This document shows, in pieces, positions 48,001 through 61,868 of a stretch of DNA of 64,000 nt. The first letter of the stretch is position 1. Every line of letters starts with the position of its first letter. Made by a program: the position numbers and the translations under genes. Source of the stretch: Camelus dromedarius (lineage: Eukaryota). The notes beneath the pieces were generated by a model that was given only the letters and a program-made list of their open reading frames with translations, searched no databases and was not told where the DNA came from. The stretch is taken from assembly GCF_036321535.1 (NCBI RefSeq), contig NC_087469.1:9734001-9798000 (forward strand). Direction: 5' to 3'.

Positions 48001-51000
48001 GGAAGATGCAAGAATCCATGTTCATAAAAATTTTCTCCTGAAAATAGCTGAGGACCAGTTCTGTCAGTTTTCCCAGAGCACAGACTGCCTTATCCTGATA
48101 TTCACTGTGAATTCCTTTCAGGGTTATTGTAGATCAGTGACTTCAGTGGCTAATGACTTGACTCTTGTAGAACTGGGTAGTGGGCAACATTCTTTATTTT
48201 ACAATCCCTTTCCTTTCGGTCTTAATTTCAATCAAGGTTTGGGACGCTTACTCCCAGGTCAGGTGAGGATTTCCTTGATAGGCCACTCAATGTGATATTA
48301 CTGTACTAGGCCCTTTTAACAGTAGCCAAAAGCCTCTGGACCACCTGTCTTGCTAGTCTGTTATGGTCCAGGAAATGGTTCCTTCTTGTTGCTTCTCCCC
48401 ATAGCTAGACTTACAATACTACAAGCGTTATTCTTATAGAATGATACATTTGGTCAATCATTTCAAGTTCCCTAGTTCATTTTATTAGAGGCTCAAGTCA
48501 CACATTTGGTAATGCAAGAAACAACAGTCCTGTAAAATAGACAAATGCAGGTAATACTCATAGCATTAACAGGGTCATAAGTAAACACTGAAGCTAAGAA
48601 ATTCCATGAGGTGCGGCCCAATATTTCCCCAGGTCATCTGACTAGTCTTCTGCACTAACTGCTATCCTTAAGGCAAATGACACATTGGCATTGTACATAA
48701 AGTTCACCAAAGATGTCTACGTGTGCAAGGTGATTGGTGGATTATCGTGACCCCTTACAGGACTGAGAAAGGAATGTTATCTTCTCAGGAGTTACATGGC
48801 TGGCGCCAGAGAAAAACTGACCTTTATGGCCGAGCAGGCATTTCTGCCATTGGGGTGGTCTGGTTAACGCATCATACAGATGCACAGTGCACACCCGAGG
48901 GGAGGAAGGAGGCCCAAATTGGCAAAGAAAAATTTTATGTTTAAACTTTTCTTGTTTTGCCTTAATGTGAATTTTATTTCATCAGGCCAAATCATGCAGG
49001 GTCTGAAGTAGTAGGAGCAGCATCAATCATCACTGCTGTGATGACAATGACGAGGTTGATGGTGGCGATGTATTTATAGCACCTACCTAGTACCAAGCTA
49101 AATGCATAATATATGCTAATTCCTTCCCACTATCCCCTGGGCTTGAAAATGTATCATGTTTGGGAAGAAGAATTTCCTGATGTCTGGAATGCATGAGACA
49201 AGTGTTAAGAGATGACTCTGGAAAGGTTAAATTGGGGCCAAATTATGAAAAGTTTTACATTCCACCTGGGCAGTGGGGAGCCACAGAAGGTGCTGCAGCC
49301 AAGGATTAGTACAATCAGACAAATCATGTGCGAATTTCAGGGAGATCACAAGGCTGGAGCAGATGGGTAGAGTGTACCTTAAGCTGAGGCAGGAAAGCCG
49401 AACGGCGCAGCATGCAGGAGGTTGCAGTTCTCTCCTCTGCTTCCCTTCCCAGGTGGTTCCACGAGTGTTTGGGCGCGTGGTGGGTAAGAGCCGTGAGGGA
49501 GTGGCCCAGGCCATGGTGCTGGAGATGTTCCGGGAGGAGGACTACTACAACGACGACGTCCTGGACCAGATGGGTGCCAGTATCCTGGGCGTGGAGGGTC
49601 CCCGGCGCCACCCGGATGAACCCCCAGAGGATGAGGTCTTTGAGCTTTTCCCCATGTTCATGGGCGGGCTTCTCTCTGCCCACAACCGGGCCATCCTGGC
49701 TCAGCTCGGCTGCCCCATCAAGACCCTGGATGCCCTGGAGAATGCCCAGGCCATCAAGAAGAAGCTGGGCAAGCTGGGCCGGCAGGTGCTGCCCCCCTCG
49801 GAGCTCCTGGACCACCTCTTCTTCCACTACGAGTTCCAGAATCAGTGCTTCTCCGCCGAGGTGCTGGGCTCCCTGCGCCAGCTCAACCTGGCGGGCGTGC
49901 GCATGACGCCCCTCAAGTGCACAGTGGTGGCAGCGGTACTGGGCAGCGGGAGGCATGCCCTGGACGAGGTGAACTTGGCCTCCTGCCAGCTGGACCCTGC
50001 TGGGCTGCGTACGCTCAGACCTGTCTTCCTACGTGCCCGGAAGCTGGGGTGAGGCCCTGTCCGCATGCACAGGCATGAAGGTTGGAGGTGAAGAGGTGGG
50101 AAGAAGGTGCTAGAGAGACCAAAGGGAGCGAGGAAGGACCAGGGGGTGGGGTGAAGAAGTCTAGTGTGGGTGGAGGTGAGGAGAGCAGCAGAAGGGAACG
50201 CAGCTGTGGACCACAAGACGCAGGATCGTGAGAGAGGGGCACGGTGGATGGGCAGGGTCCATGCCGAACTCCTTCCTTGGTTTCTCACCTCCCCTCTGGC
50301 CACCTTCTGCTCCAGCTTGCAACTCAACAGCCTGGGCCCCGAGGCCTGCAGGGACCTCCGAGATTTGCTGCTGCATGACCAGTGCCAAGTTACCACCCTA
50401 CGGTGAGTGCCCTGGCAGGGGGCCTCCATCCTGCTGGCCAGCTAAGGACAAGGGTGAGCCCGCATCACCACGTGGCCGGCAAGGGCCCACCCATGGTGGC
50501 GTAAAGAAGGCAGGAGTCTAGATCTTTTTGCCCACCCCCACGTCCAGTACAAGCAGCTGTGTGGGGAGCAATCCTACCAGCAACAGGTACTGAGAAGGCC
50601 TCTCACGTGGCTAAAAGCAGCCTGGAGGAGGGCTTGGTGGAATAACACTCAGGCTGGTTGCCTGACAACAGTACCATTGATCCTGTCCTGGGATTCTTCC
50701 TGTCCCCTCACAAGGATGACCCTGACGCTGGGCACTCAGTAGATGCTCCCAGAGTGTTGACTGATTTACTAACAACCCAGACACCTGGGTTCCTGATTTC
50801 CAGTTGGAGCAAAGGAGGATGAATGAGAAGGAAGAGAGAGAAGGATGGGGAATCATCGGGAAGGGAGGGAGAAGCAGGGGCTGGAAGGAGGTGAAAAAAG
50901 AAAGAAGGGAAATGGTAATGAGGAAGAGGAAGGGGAGGGGGAAGAGGAGAGTCACAAAGGAGAATGGAAGGTGGGAGGAGGCGGGGGTAGGGGGAGAAGC

Positions 51001-52235
51001 CGGCTTCTACCCAACTCTACCTCCTCTGCAGTGAACTGCACCCCCATTTCTTCATTGTCTTTCCCTAAGCCTGCATTTCTCTGTGTCCAGACTGGTCTCT
51101 GCCCCAGACTGTGCACCCTTTTGGCCCAAGTTCCAATGCCCCGCACAGGGCATCTGCCATGAGCCCTCATAACCTTGGGGTACTTTTAACCCTAGGCTGT
51201 CCAACAACCCACTGACAGCGGCAGGTGTGGCCCTGCTGGTGGAGGGGCTGGCAGGAAACACCTCGCTGAAACACCTGTCTCTGCTGCACACGGACCTGGG
51301 GGACGAGGGCCTACAGCTGCTGGCTGCCCAGCTGGACCGTAATCAGCAACTACAGGAGCTGAACGTGGCCTACAATGGTGCTGGTGACGCAGCAGCTCTG
51401 GCCTTAGCCAAGGCTGCCTGGAAGCATCCATCTCTGGAGCTGCTGCAGTGAGTCTTGCCCCCAGTCCCATCGCCCCACTCCATCCTGAGGTTCTGTGCCC
51501 AGCCCTTCATCCTCCTTCCCTCTCTCCGCTGTGCTTTTCCTACCCTAGAGGGCAAACCTGGGCCTGGACCGGCCTTCCTCACTTCCTGGCTTTTGAGTGA
51601 TCCTTGCCAACCTGCTTCTGAACCAACTCACCGCTCTGTTATTGGCCCTTACTCAGCCCTCATTCTCCAGCATTGTTTCTATTAGGGTCCTTTGGCCCCA
51701 TTCCTGCTCATCTTGGTCCCACTGAATTCTAGTGTCATCCCTGCCTCCTCCTGGCCACCTCTCTCCATCTCTGGCTTATTGCAGACATTTACCCCCTTGT
51801 ATTCCACAGCCAGGGGATGAGTTGTGAGACCCCTCACTCTCTGTCCACCCCCTCCACTGCTTCTCCTCCTCAGAGCCCTGCTGAATGGCATCTCCTCTTC
51901 TCTCTCTTGCTAGCCTCTACTTCAATGAGCTGAGCTCAGAGGGCCGCCAGGCCCTGCGGGACTTGGGGAGCACCACTGAGGGTGGTGCCCGGGTCGTGGT
52001 GTCGCTGACAGAGGGGACGGCAGTGTCTGAGTACTGGTCAGTGATCCTGGGTGAAGTCCAGCGGAACCTCAACAGCTGGGATCGGACCCGGGTCCGGCGC
52101 CACCTTGAACTGCTGCTGCGGGATCTGGAAGATAACCGAGGAGCCACCCTGAATCCTTGGCGCAAGGCCCAGCTGCTTCGAGTGGAGGGCGAGGTCAGGG
52201 CCCTCCTGGAGCAGCTGGGAGGCCGTGGAAGCTGA
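42088..52235 (+). CDS. NLRX1: NLR family member X1 (mitochondrial NACHT-LRR protein), 972 aa
   Basis: Exons 42088-42157, 42728-42797, 43268-43356, 43866-44482, 44881-45696, 49453-50048, 50316-50402, 51196-51447, 51914-52235 sum to 2919 nt in phase. N-terminal presequence [14 protein letters not shown]-loop GTVGTGKST, LRRs, ends LEQLGGRGS*. Confidence 0.97.
47747..48984 (-). mobile_element. Composite ERV element (LTR-like 5' part, env-tail-like remnant, PPT, LTR) inserted in an L2
   Basis: TG...CA termini; 4-bp TSD GGCC (47743-47746, 48985-48988); PPT GAAAGGAAAGGGAT directly before TGT at 48203; the flanks rejoin into a continuous L2 phrase. Confidence 0.8.
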
Positions 52236-52752
52236 GACCATGGCCGCAGGCACCTAGCTGTGTGTCTCCTGGCCCCAAGCCCCTTCCGTCTGTGGCCTCC
52301 TGGCTTTCACTACTACTTCTGGAAAGATCCCTTTGAGGCTGGAGGCAAAGGAATGTGCACGGCTCTGTCAATTGCCCTCCTGGGGCACGTCCAACCAGTG
52401 CTCCCAAGTCTGGAATTTCCAGGGTCCTGGAACAGGCCTCTTCTCCCTTCGGCTAGAAGGACAGAAGGGTGTGGCATTTTAGTGGTCGTATTGCCCTGTA
52501 GCACCACCACCAACCTTGCCTCTCCCACCTTGCAAAGAGCCTTGGATTGTGCCACCAGGGGGCACACTTCTCCCATCAGCCATCCAGATGTGTGGGAGGG
52601 CCTTCACATTCTGCCTTTATGCCTTCTGTGGACACCCAGGATGCCCGCAGCCACTTCCCCTCTCACTGGTGCTCTCTCCTTCTCCTGCCCCTTTCACCAC
52701 AGTGGTACCTAAGCTCGGTGGCCTCTATGGGCTTGGGCACTGACTTGCTGTT

Positions 52753-52758
52753 ATTAAA
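52753..52758 (+). terminator. Probable NLRX1 poly(A) signal
   Basis: ATTAAA about 520 nt after the stop, followed by U/GU-rich sequence. Confidence 0.65.
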
Positions 52759-52999
52759 GATCTGTGTCTTCCACCTACTGTGGCCTGTTTGCCTGGTGCT
52801 TTCAAGAAAGGGTACTGTTCTTGGTCATTCTGGTTAAACTACTGACCACTTGCTGTTGCAAATGTTTCTTGGTTCAGAGGAAGTGAGGGTTGGGGGGGCG
52901 GTGAACAAGATATTGGGGTGGGGGTGGACCATGCTGGTCCTATCGCCCTTTTCAGGCATACTTATTCCAGGCTTGGAATTTCAGAGACCAGCAATCTAC

Positions 53000-53222
53000 C
53001 TTTCTCTGCGCAAAGTGTCCGGAGAAAGCTGAAGCCCAGGGATTGAGGCAGGAGGGAAAGGCACAATTCCTCAGAGGACAAGACTCTCCTCCCGTTAACC
53101 ATTACCCAACTGCTTCCAAGCTTGCGTCTTGGAGGAGGCGGGACGTGGAGGGGTAGGTGGGAGGATCAGCTGGTTTCCATGGACCTTGTCCCTACACTGA
53201 GCACTGGGTCGCTGATTCAACC
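53000..53222 (+). promoter_or_regulatory. PDZD3 proximal promoter with HNF1- and HNF4-like sites
   Basis: GTTAACCATTACC at 53094-53106 (11/13 to the HNF1 consensus) and TGGACCTTG at 53180-53188 (HNF4-like). Confidence 0.45.
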
Positions 53223-56200
53223 ATGGAGGCAGCTGCAGGTAGGAAGCTGGGAGAAATCCTCTGGAGGGGACTTTTGGGCAGAGGACAGATTGAAAGGCAT
53301 TGGGACCAGAATACATTTGGCAATGGGTCTTGCAGCTCTGGGGCAAGTATACTGGAAGTCAGGAGAGGAAAGGTGAGTGGGTACTTATATCTGCCTTCCT
53401 GGTCCACGCCCTGTACTGATACGATCAGATTTCTGCGCCAAGGACCAAGGTGGGGAGGGGAAGGAAGGGAAGGGGAAAACCCTTTTGGAGCAGAACAGAG
53501 GTGAGCCCTGAACTTAGGGGTTCCCCTAAGTCCTTTCAGTTAACGACCATGGAAGAGGAATCTCAGGGGACAGAATGTGCCTCTCCTCCCCTCACCCCTT
53601 CTTTGCCAGCAGATCCTCTGGACACCGCCTCCTTGACCCTGTAAGTGCCGTGTGCGAAGGGCTGGGCAAAGAAAGGAGGGAATTGAAGGTGGAGAAGCTC
53701 TTCAGTTGCCATTAATGCCTCAACGTGAGCCTGGGACCCATGTCCAGATACCAGCTTTCTCCTATCTGTGTCCCTTGCCTCCTTGCAGGAAGTTTGAGTT
53801 TAACCCAAAGCTGGGCATTGATAATCCTGTTCTTTCCTTGGCTGAAGACCTCGACCCCTCTGGTAACCCTCTGCCCCTGGGGCAACCATTTCCTTTCCCT
53901 GGAGCCACCAGGGCTCCACACAGTCTCCCATCTCCTTGGTAACCACTCACTCTATCTACCTCTGATGACAGTCTTGGTGGGGAGTGACTACATGGAGGTC
54001 AAAGGGGGCCGGATGTTTCCTTCTGTCCCAGCCACTCTACCTGGGCTGTGTTCGGCCCCACTGCGCAACACCTGTCCAGTGTCCTATCACGGGGGCAGGG
54101 TTTGCCAGGCACAAGGTAACTTATACTTGGGCTGTGTTTCTTCTCCTCCCCCTTTCCTGCTGCCCACCTCCCCTTCCAGATCTCTGGAGCCTAGAACGGC
54201 CTCGCTTCTGTCTGCTGAGCAAAGAGGAGGGCAGGAGTTTTGGCTTCCACCTGCAGCAGGAGCGGGGCACGGTTGGGCATGTGGTGTGCAGGGTGGAGCC
54301 AGGCACTTCTGCCCAGCGCCAGGGTCTTCGGGAAGGAGATCGTATCCTGGGGGTGAACAACCATGTTGTGGAACACGAAGACTATTTGGTGGTGAGGTTG
54401 GGCTAAGTTCTCCCGTGGTACAGGAGAACATTCCATAGCACCTCAGGGAGACAGAAGCCGGGTGGTCACCACCCTGGGTACACGGGGACAAGACCCAAGC
54501 CTCAGTTTCCCCCATCGCCTAGGATTGAGGGATGCCCGGGTCAGAATGGGTGGGTGAAGGCCTCCAGAGAGCTGTAGCTTCCAGGGAGGGGGAGTTGGTA
54601 AGAAGGGCCGGCCCCAGCCCATCCCGCTTGCCCGCTGTTCAGGTAATACGCCGCATCCGGGCCAGCAGTCCGCGGGTGTTGCTAACGGTTTTGGCCCGGC
54701 ACATGCACGACGTGGCCCGAGCTCAGCGGGGGAACAACGACCACCTCTGTCCTACTCTCAGCCCGGGTGTCCGGCCCCGGCTGTGCCACATAGTGAAAGA
54801 TGAGGGTGGCTTTGGCTTCAGTATCACCCAAGGTGAGCCTAGAGCTCAGGAGGGGTTGGCAGGGGGATCTCAGCCCTGTTCTGGGCAGGCAGCAGACAGA
54901 AACGTGCCATTTGGGCTTCCAGGACGTCGGGGTCCTTTCTGGTTGGTGCTGAGTACTGGAGGGGCAGCGGAGCGGGCAGGGGTGCCCCCTGGGGCCCGAC
55001 TGCTAGAAGTGAATGGGGTCAGCGTGGAGAAGTTCACACATAACCAACTCAACAGGAAGGTATGGCTGCCTGTTTCCTGTTGGTCCTCACGCCCCTGGGC
55101 CCTGGGCCCTGTCTCAGGAAGCAGACTCTCCCCCATGCACCTGATCTCCTGATCTGATCTTGTATCTCCCTCACCATCCTTCGCTTTACAGTCTGTGCTG
55201 GACCATTCCCTCCCCTCCCCAGTGCCTCATTCCTGGGCCTGGGAGAGGGGCTATGTGGAGGTGCCTGCCTCTGCCCTCCCTACCCAGGTGGCTGATGCTG
55301 ATGCCCTGCTGGGTCCCCACAGCTTTTTCAGAGTGGCAAGGAGGTGACCCTGCTGGTGGCAGGGCCAGAGGTGGAGGAACAGTGTCGCCAGCTGGGAATG
55401 CCCCTGGCTGCACCCCTGGCAGAGGGCTGGGCACTGCCCAACAGACCCCGCTGTCTGCATCTAGAGAAAGGGCCCAAGGGCTTCGGGTTCGTTCTCCGGG
55501 AGGAGAAGGGTCTTGATGGTCGCCTCGGTGAGTGGGAGCCCTGGGAATGGGGAGGGAAGGTGGGTGTTGGGGTGGGCACACAAGGGCACATATACAGCTC
55601 ACCGTGCACACAAGTGGTGTTCCTGGCTGAACCCCAACCCAGGGCCTCCTCTTCCTCCTGGGTACCCCCTGGGTCAGGCGCCCAGTGTACACACAGTGGC
55701 CTGGGCCGGCACTGAGGGTCAGTGGGGGAGGAGCAGTGAGGATGTCTGCGTCCCAGGTCAGTTCCTGTGGGAGGTGGACCCAGGACTGCCAGCAGAGAAG
55801 GCCGGGATGCAGGCTGGGGACCGGCTGGTGGCTGTGGCTGGGGAGAGCGTTGAGGGGCTGGGCCACGAGGAGACAGTGTCCAAGATCCGGGCGCAAGGCT
55901 CCTGTGTCTCGCTTGTTGTGGTGGACCCCAAGGCTGACCGCTTCTTCAGCATGGTGCGAGCCGAGGGGCAGGGGCTAGGTCGGGGGTAGGGGCAGGCTCA
56001 GGTGGAGGGAGAAGCAGCAGATCTGTCCTATCTGCCTCCTCCCAGGTTCGCTTGTCCCCACTCCTCTTCTTGGAGAGCACAGAGGCTCCTGACTCTCCCC
56101 AGGTCACCCTCTCAGCCTCTCTGACTGAGACCGAGGACCCACCAGTTGAAGATACAATGGTAGCCCCTGTCCCTTGCTGCTTCCGCCAGTGCTTCCTGTA

Positions 56201-56888
56201 CCCTGGGCCTGGCGGTGGCTATGGCTTCCGACTGAGCTGCGTGGCCAGTGTGCCTCATCTCTTCATCTCTCAGGTGACTGATGCCCCAGGGACCTTGAAT
56301 TCTTTCAATCATTTGCCTCCTAATGACCCTTCCTGTCCTTCCCTCCCAGAGCCCTAGAGCACCCAGCAAACTTTTCTGTGGTGTTCCAAGTTCTATAACC
56401 CCCTCTACTCTGCCAGGTGACCCTAGGAGGCTCGGCTGCCCAGGCAGGGCTGCAGTTGGGAGATGTGATTCTGGAGGTGAATGGGTACCCCGTGGGTGGA
56501 GAGAATGACCTGGAAACGCTTCAGCAGCTGGCTGAGGCCAAGCCACCCCTACACCTGAAGCTAGCAGCCAGGCCTCACCAGAGCTTGGAAGCCTGGATTC
56601 CACCAAGGTCAGGAGAGGTGAGGAAGAAGGCAGAGGGACTGTGAACAGCCAGAGAAGGACAGAGGAGGGTCAGAGGGGAGGGCAGAGCAGTAAGCTGTGG
56701 AGTGAAGCAGTGTGGGGTATGTAGGTTGGGCCATGGAAGGCGGGAACAGAAGGACCCAGGGATGAAGCCCCATTCCTGGGCATTCCAGGGCAGGGGGCAG
56801 CAGGAAAAAGGAATTCTTCTGGTCCCTGAATGACATTTTCCCTTCTTTCTTTGCTTAGGACTGGGCCCTAGACTCAGATGTGCTATAG
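53223..56888 (+). CDS. PDZD3: PDZ domain-containing 3 / NHERF4 (IKEPP), four PDZ domains, 505 aa
   Basis: Exons 53223-53238, 53613-53640, 53789-53862, 54180-54391, 54643-54832, 54923-55059, 55323-55527, 55757-55953, 56046-56273, 56417-56617, 56859-56888 = 1518 nt in phase. Four GFGF/YGF carboxylate-binding loops; ends DWALDSDVL*. Confidence 0.95.
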
Positions 56889-57189
56889 CACCCCCGTGCC
56901 TGGCACAGATTTGCCCAAGCTTTCCTGACTTCACTCTCTGGCCTGAGGTGGTAGGAGCTGAGATGCTGTCTATAAACCAGAAGTGGCAGCTCTAGGACTC
57001 TGGAATCTTCCAGTCGCAGGAAGCCCAGGGTCTACCTCCCTTCCTATGAGGGCCCACCCTCCCAGAAGAGGGTGTGGTTAGAGGTTGCAGGTGGGCCCAA
57101 TAGGGAGTCTCCTCTCTGATTCCAGAGGGAGTCATCTGGGAGCCTTGGGAACTGTTCTTCAAGGAGGAAGCTCTGTCTGAGATGAGAGC

Positions 57190-58047
57190 TGTGATTTTAT
57201 GATTTGTAACAGGAAATATGTATTTGGTCTTCATACCCTTTCTTGGCACAGAGGTCCTAAAATCCTTGGAATTTCCTAAGTAATAAAAGTGATAAAGGTA
57301 TCTTCTGTTACTGTTAATAAGCCCCTTTCAACCACACCTAGCTTTGTTAATGAGGTGAATTTGGAAAGCACTTAAGGATGGGGCACTGGTTGCAGGGGAA
57401 CCAATCTTGTGCTTAGAAGGTTAGAACTTTCAGTTCCATCCCTACCCCTACCCTCACCCTCCTGGGAGGGGAGAGGGGATGGAGGGTGAATGAATCATCA
57501 ATAATCAATGGATTAATCTACACAATGAGGCCTCCATAGAAACCCAAAGGGACAGATTCGGAGAGCTTTCCGGGTTGCTGAATGCGTGGAGGTGCTGGGG
57601 GGTGGCTCACCTGGGGAGGGCATGGAGCCTCCATGCTCATACCCTGCCCTGTGTATCTCTTCCATCTGGCTGTTCCTGAGTTGTGTTCTTTACAATAAAC
57701 TGGTAATCCAGTAAGTAAACTGTTTCCCTGAGTTCAATCACTCTAGCAAATGATTGAACCTGAAGAGGGGATTGTGGGAACCTCTGACTGATAGCCAGTT
57801 AGTCAGGAGCACAGGTGACAGACAACGTGGACTTGAGATTGGCTGTGGGATCTGTGGGATCTGATGATATCTCCAGGTAGATAGTATCAGAATTGAGTTA
57901 AATTGTAACATGAAAGTTAAATTGTGTCTACAGAGCATTACTTGGTGTGGGACACCTCTTCACCCCGCAACCCCACATTTAACCAGAAATGAAGAAGAAC
58001 TGAGAGAGTTGTAATAAAATAGAGAAACACTGAATTTTCCCTTTTCA
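57190..58047 (+). mobile_element. MER21-like ERV LTR
   Basis: AAATATGTATTTGGTCTTC...GGCACAGAGGTCCTAAAATCCTTGGAATTTCC and CTTTACAATAAACTGGTAA resemble my recollection of MER21. No clear TSD; ends approximate. Confidence 0.65.
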
Positions 58048-58451
58048 GGTGGGCTGTGGGGCTGGCTAGGATTGTAGCCATCTGCAACTTGCCCTAGGCA
58101 TGACTCCAGGACTGTTGGGTGTTTTGCAAGAATTTGGAGAGCACTGTACCTTCTTTCTGGGGGAACCTTAGGATGGTGGGGCTAGTGCCTGGTCACTGTT
58201 GGCCTAGTATAGAAATGGCCTTTCCCTGCAAATCTGGCTTCCTTTGCTGGTGCTAGTGGGGGAAGGGGGAAGAAAAGCTCCCCAGGCTCAGAGGGTGGGA
58301 CCCAGTTTCTCTAGGAGAGAAGTTGAGGCCTTGTCAAAATCAGTCTTCGGGGTAATGGGTCAGCCCAGAACCAAGAAGTTCCCATGAGAGGCACTCATCT
58401 CTGCCTAAAAACCACATCCCACAGTTCTACTGAGCTCTACATCAAGACAGC

Positions 58452-58457
58452 TTTATT
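58452..58457 (-). terminator. CCDC153 poly(A) signal
   Basis: TTTATT on + (AATAAA on -), about 40 nt past the stop codon. Confidence 0.75.
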
Positions 58458-58498
58458 GCTGGGGCCTGAGAGGGTCCCAGAGACTTGGGCTCATGGTC

Positions 58499-61868
<3,370 letters not shown>

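Noticed and set aside
48800-48815. Retroviral primer-binding site (TGGCGCC on -)
   Set aside because: The match to a tRNA 3' end does not extend and there is no preceding LTR CA end; more likely internal LTR sequence.
49324-49956. 210-aa antisense ORF (also 45235-45735, 55186-55896)
   Set aside because: Shadow frames opposite real NLRX1 and PDZD3 exons.
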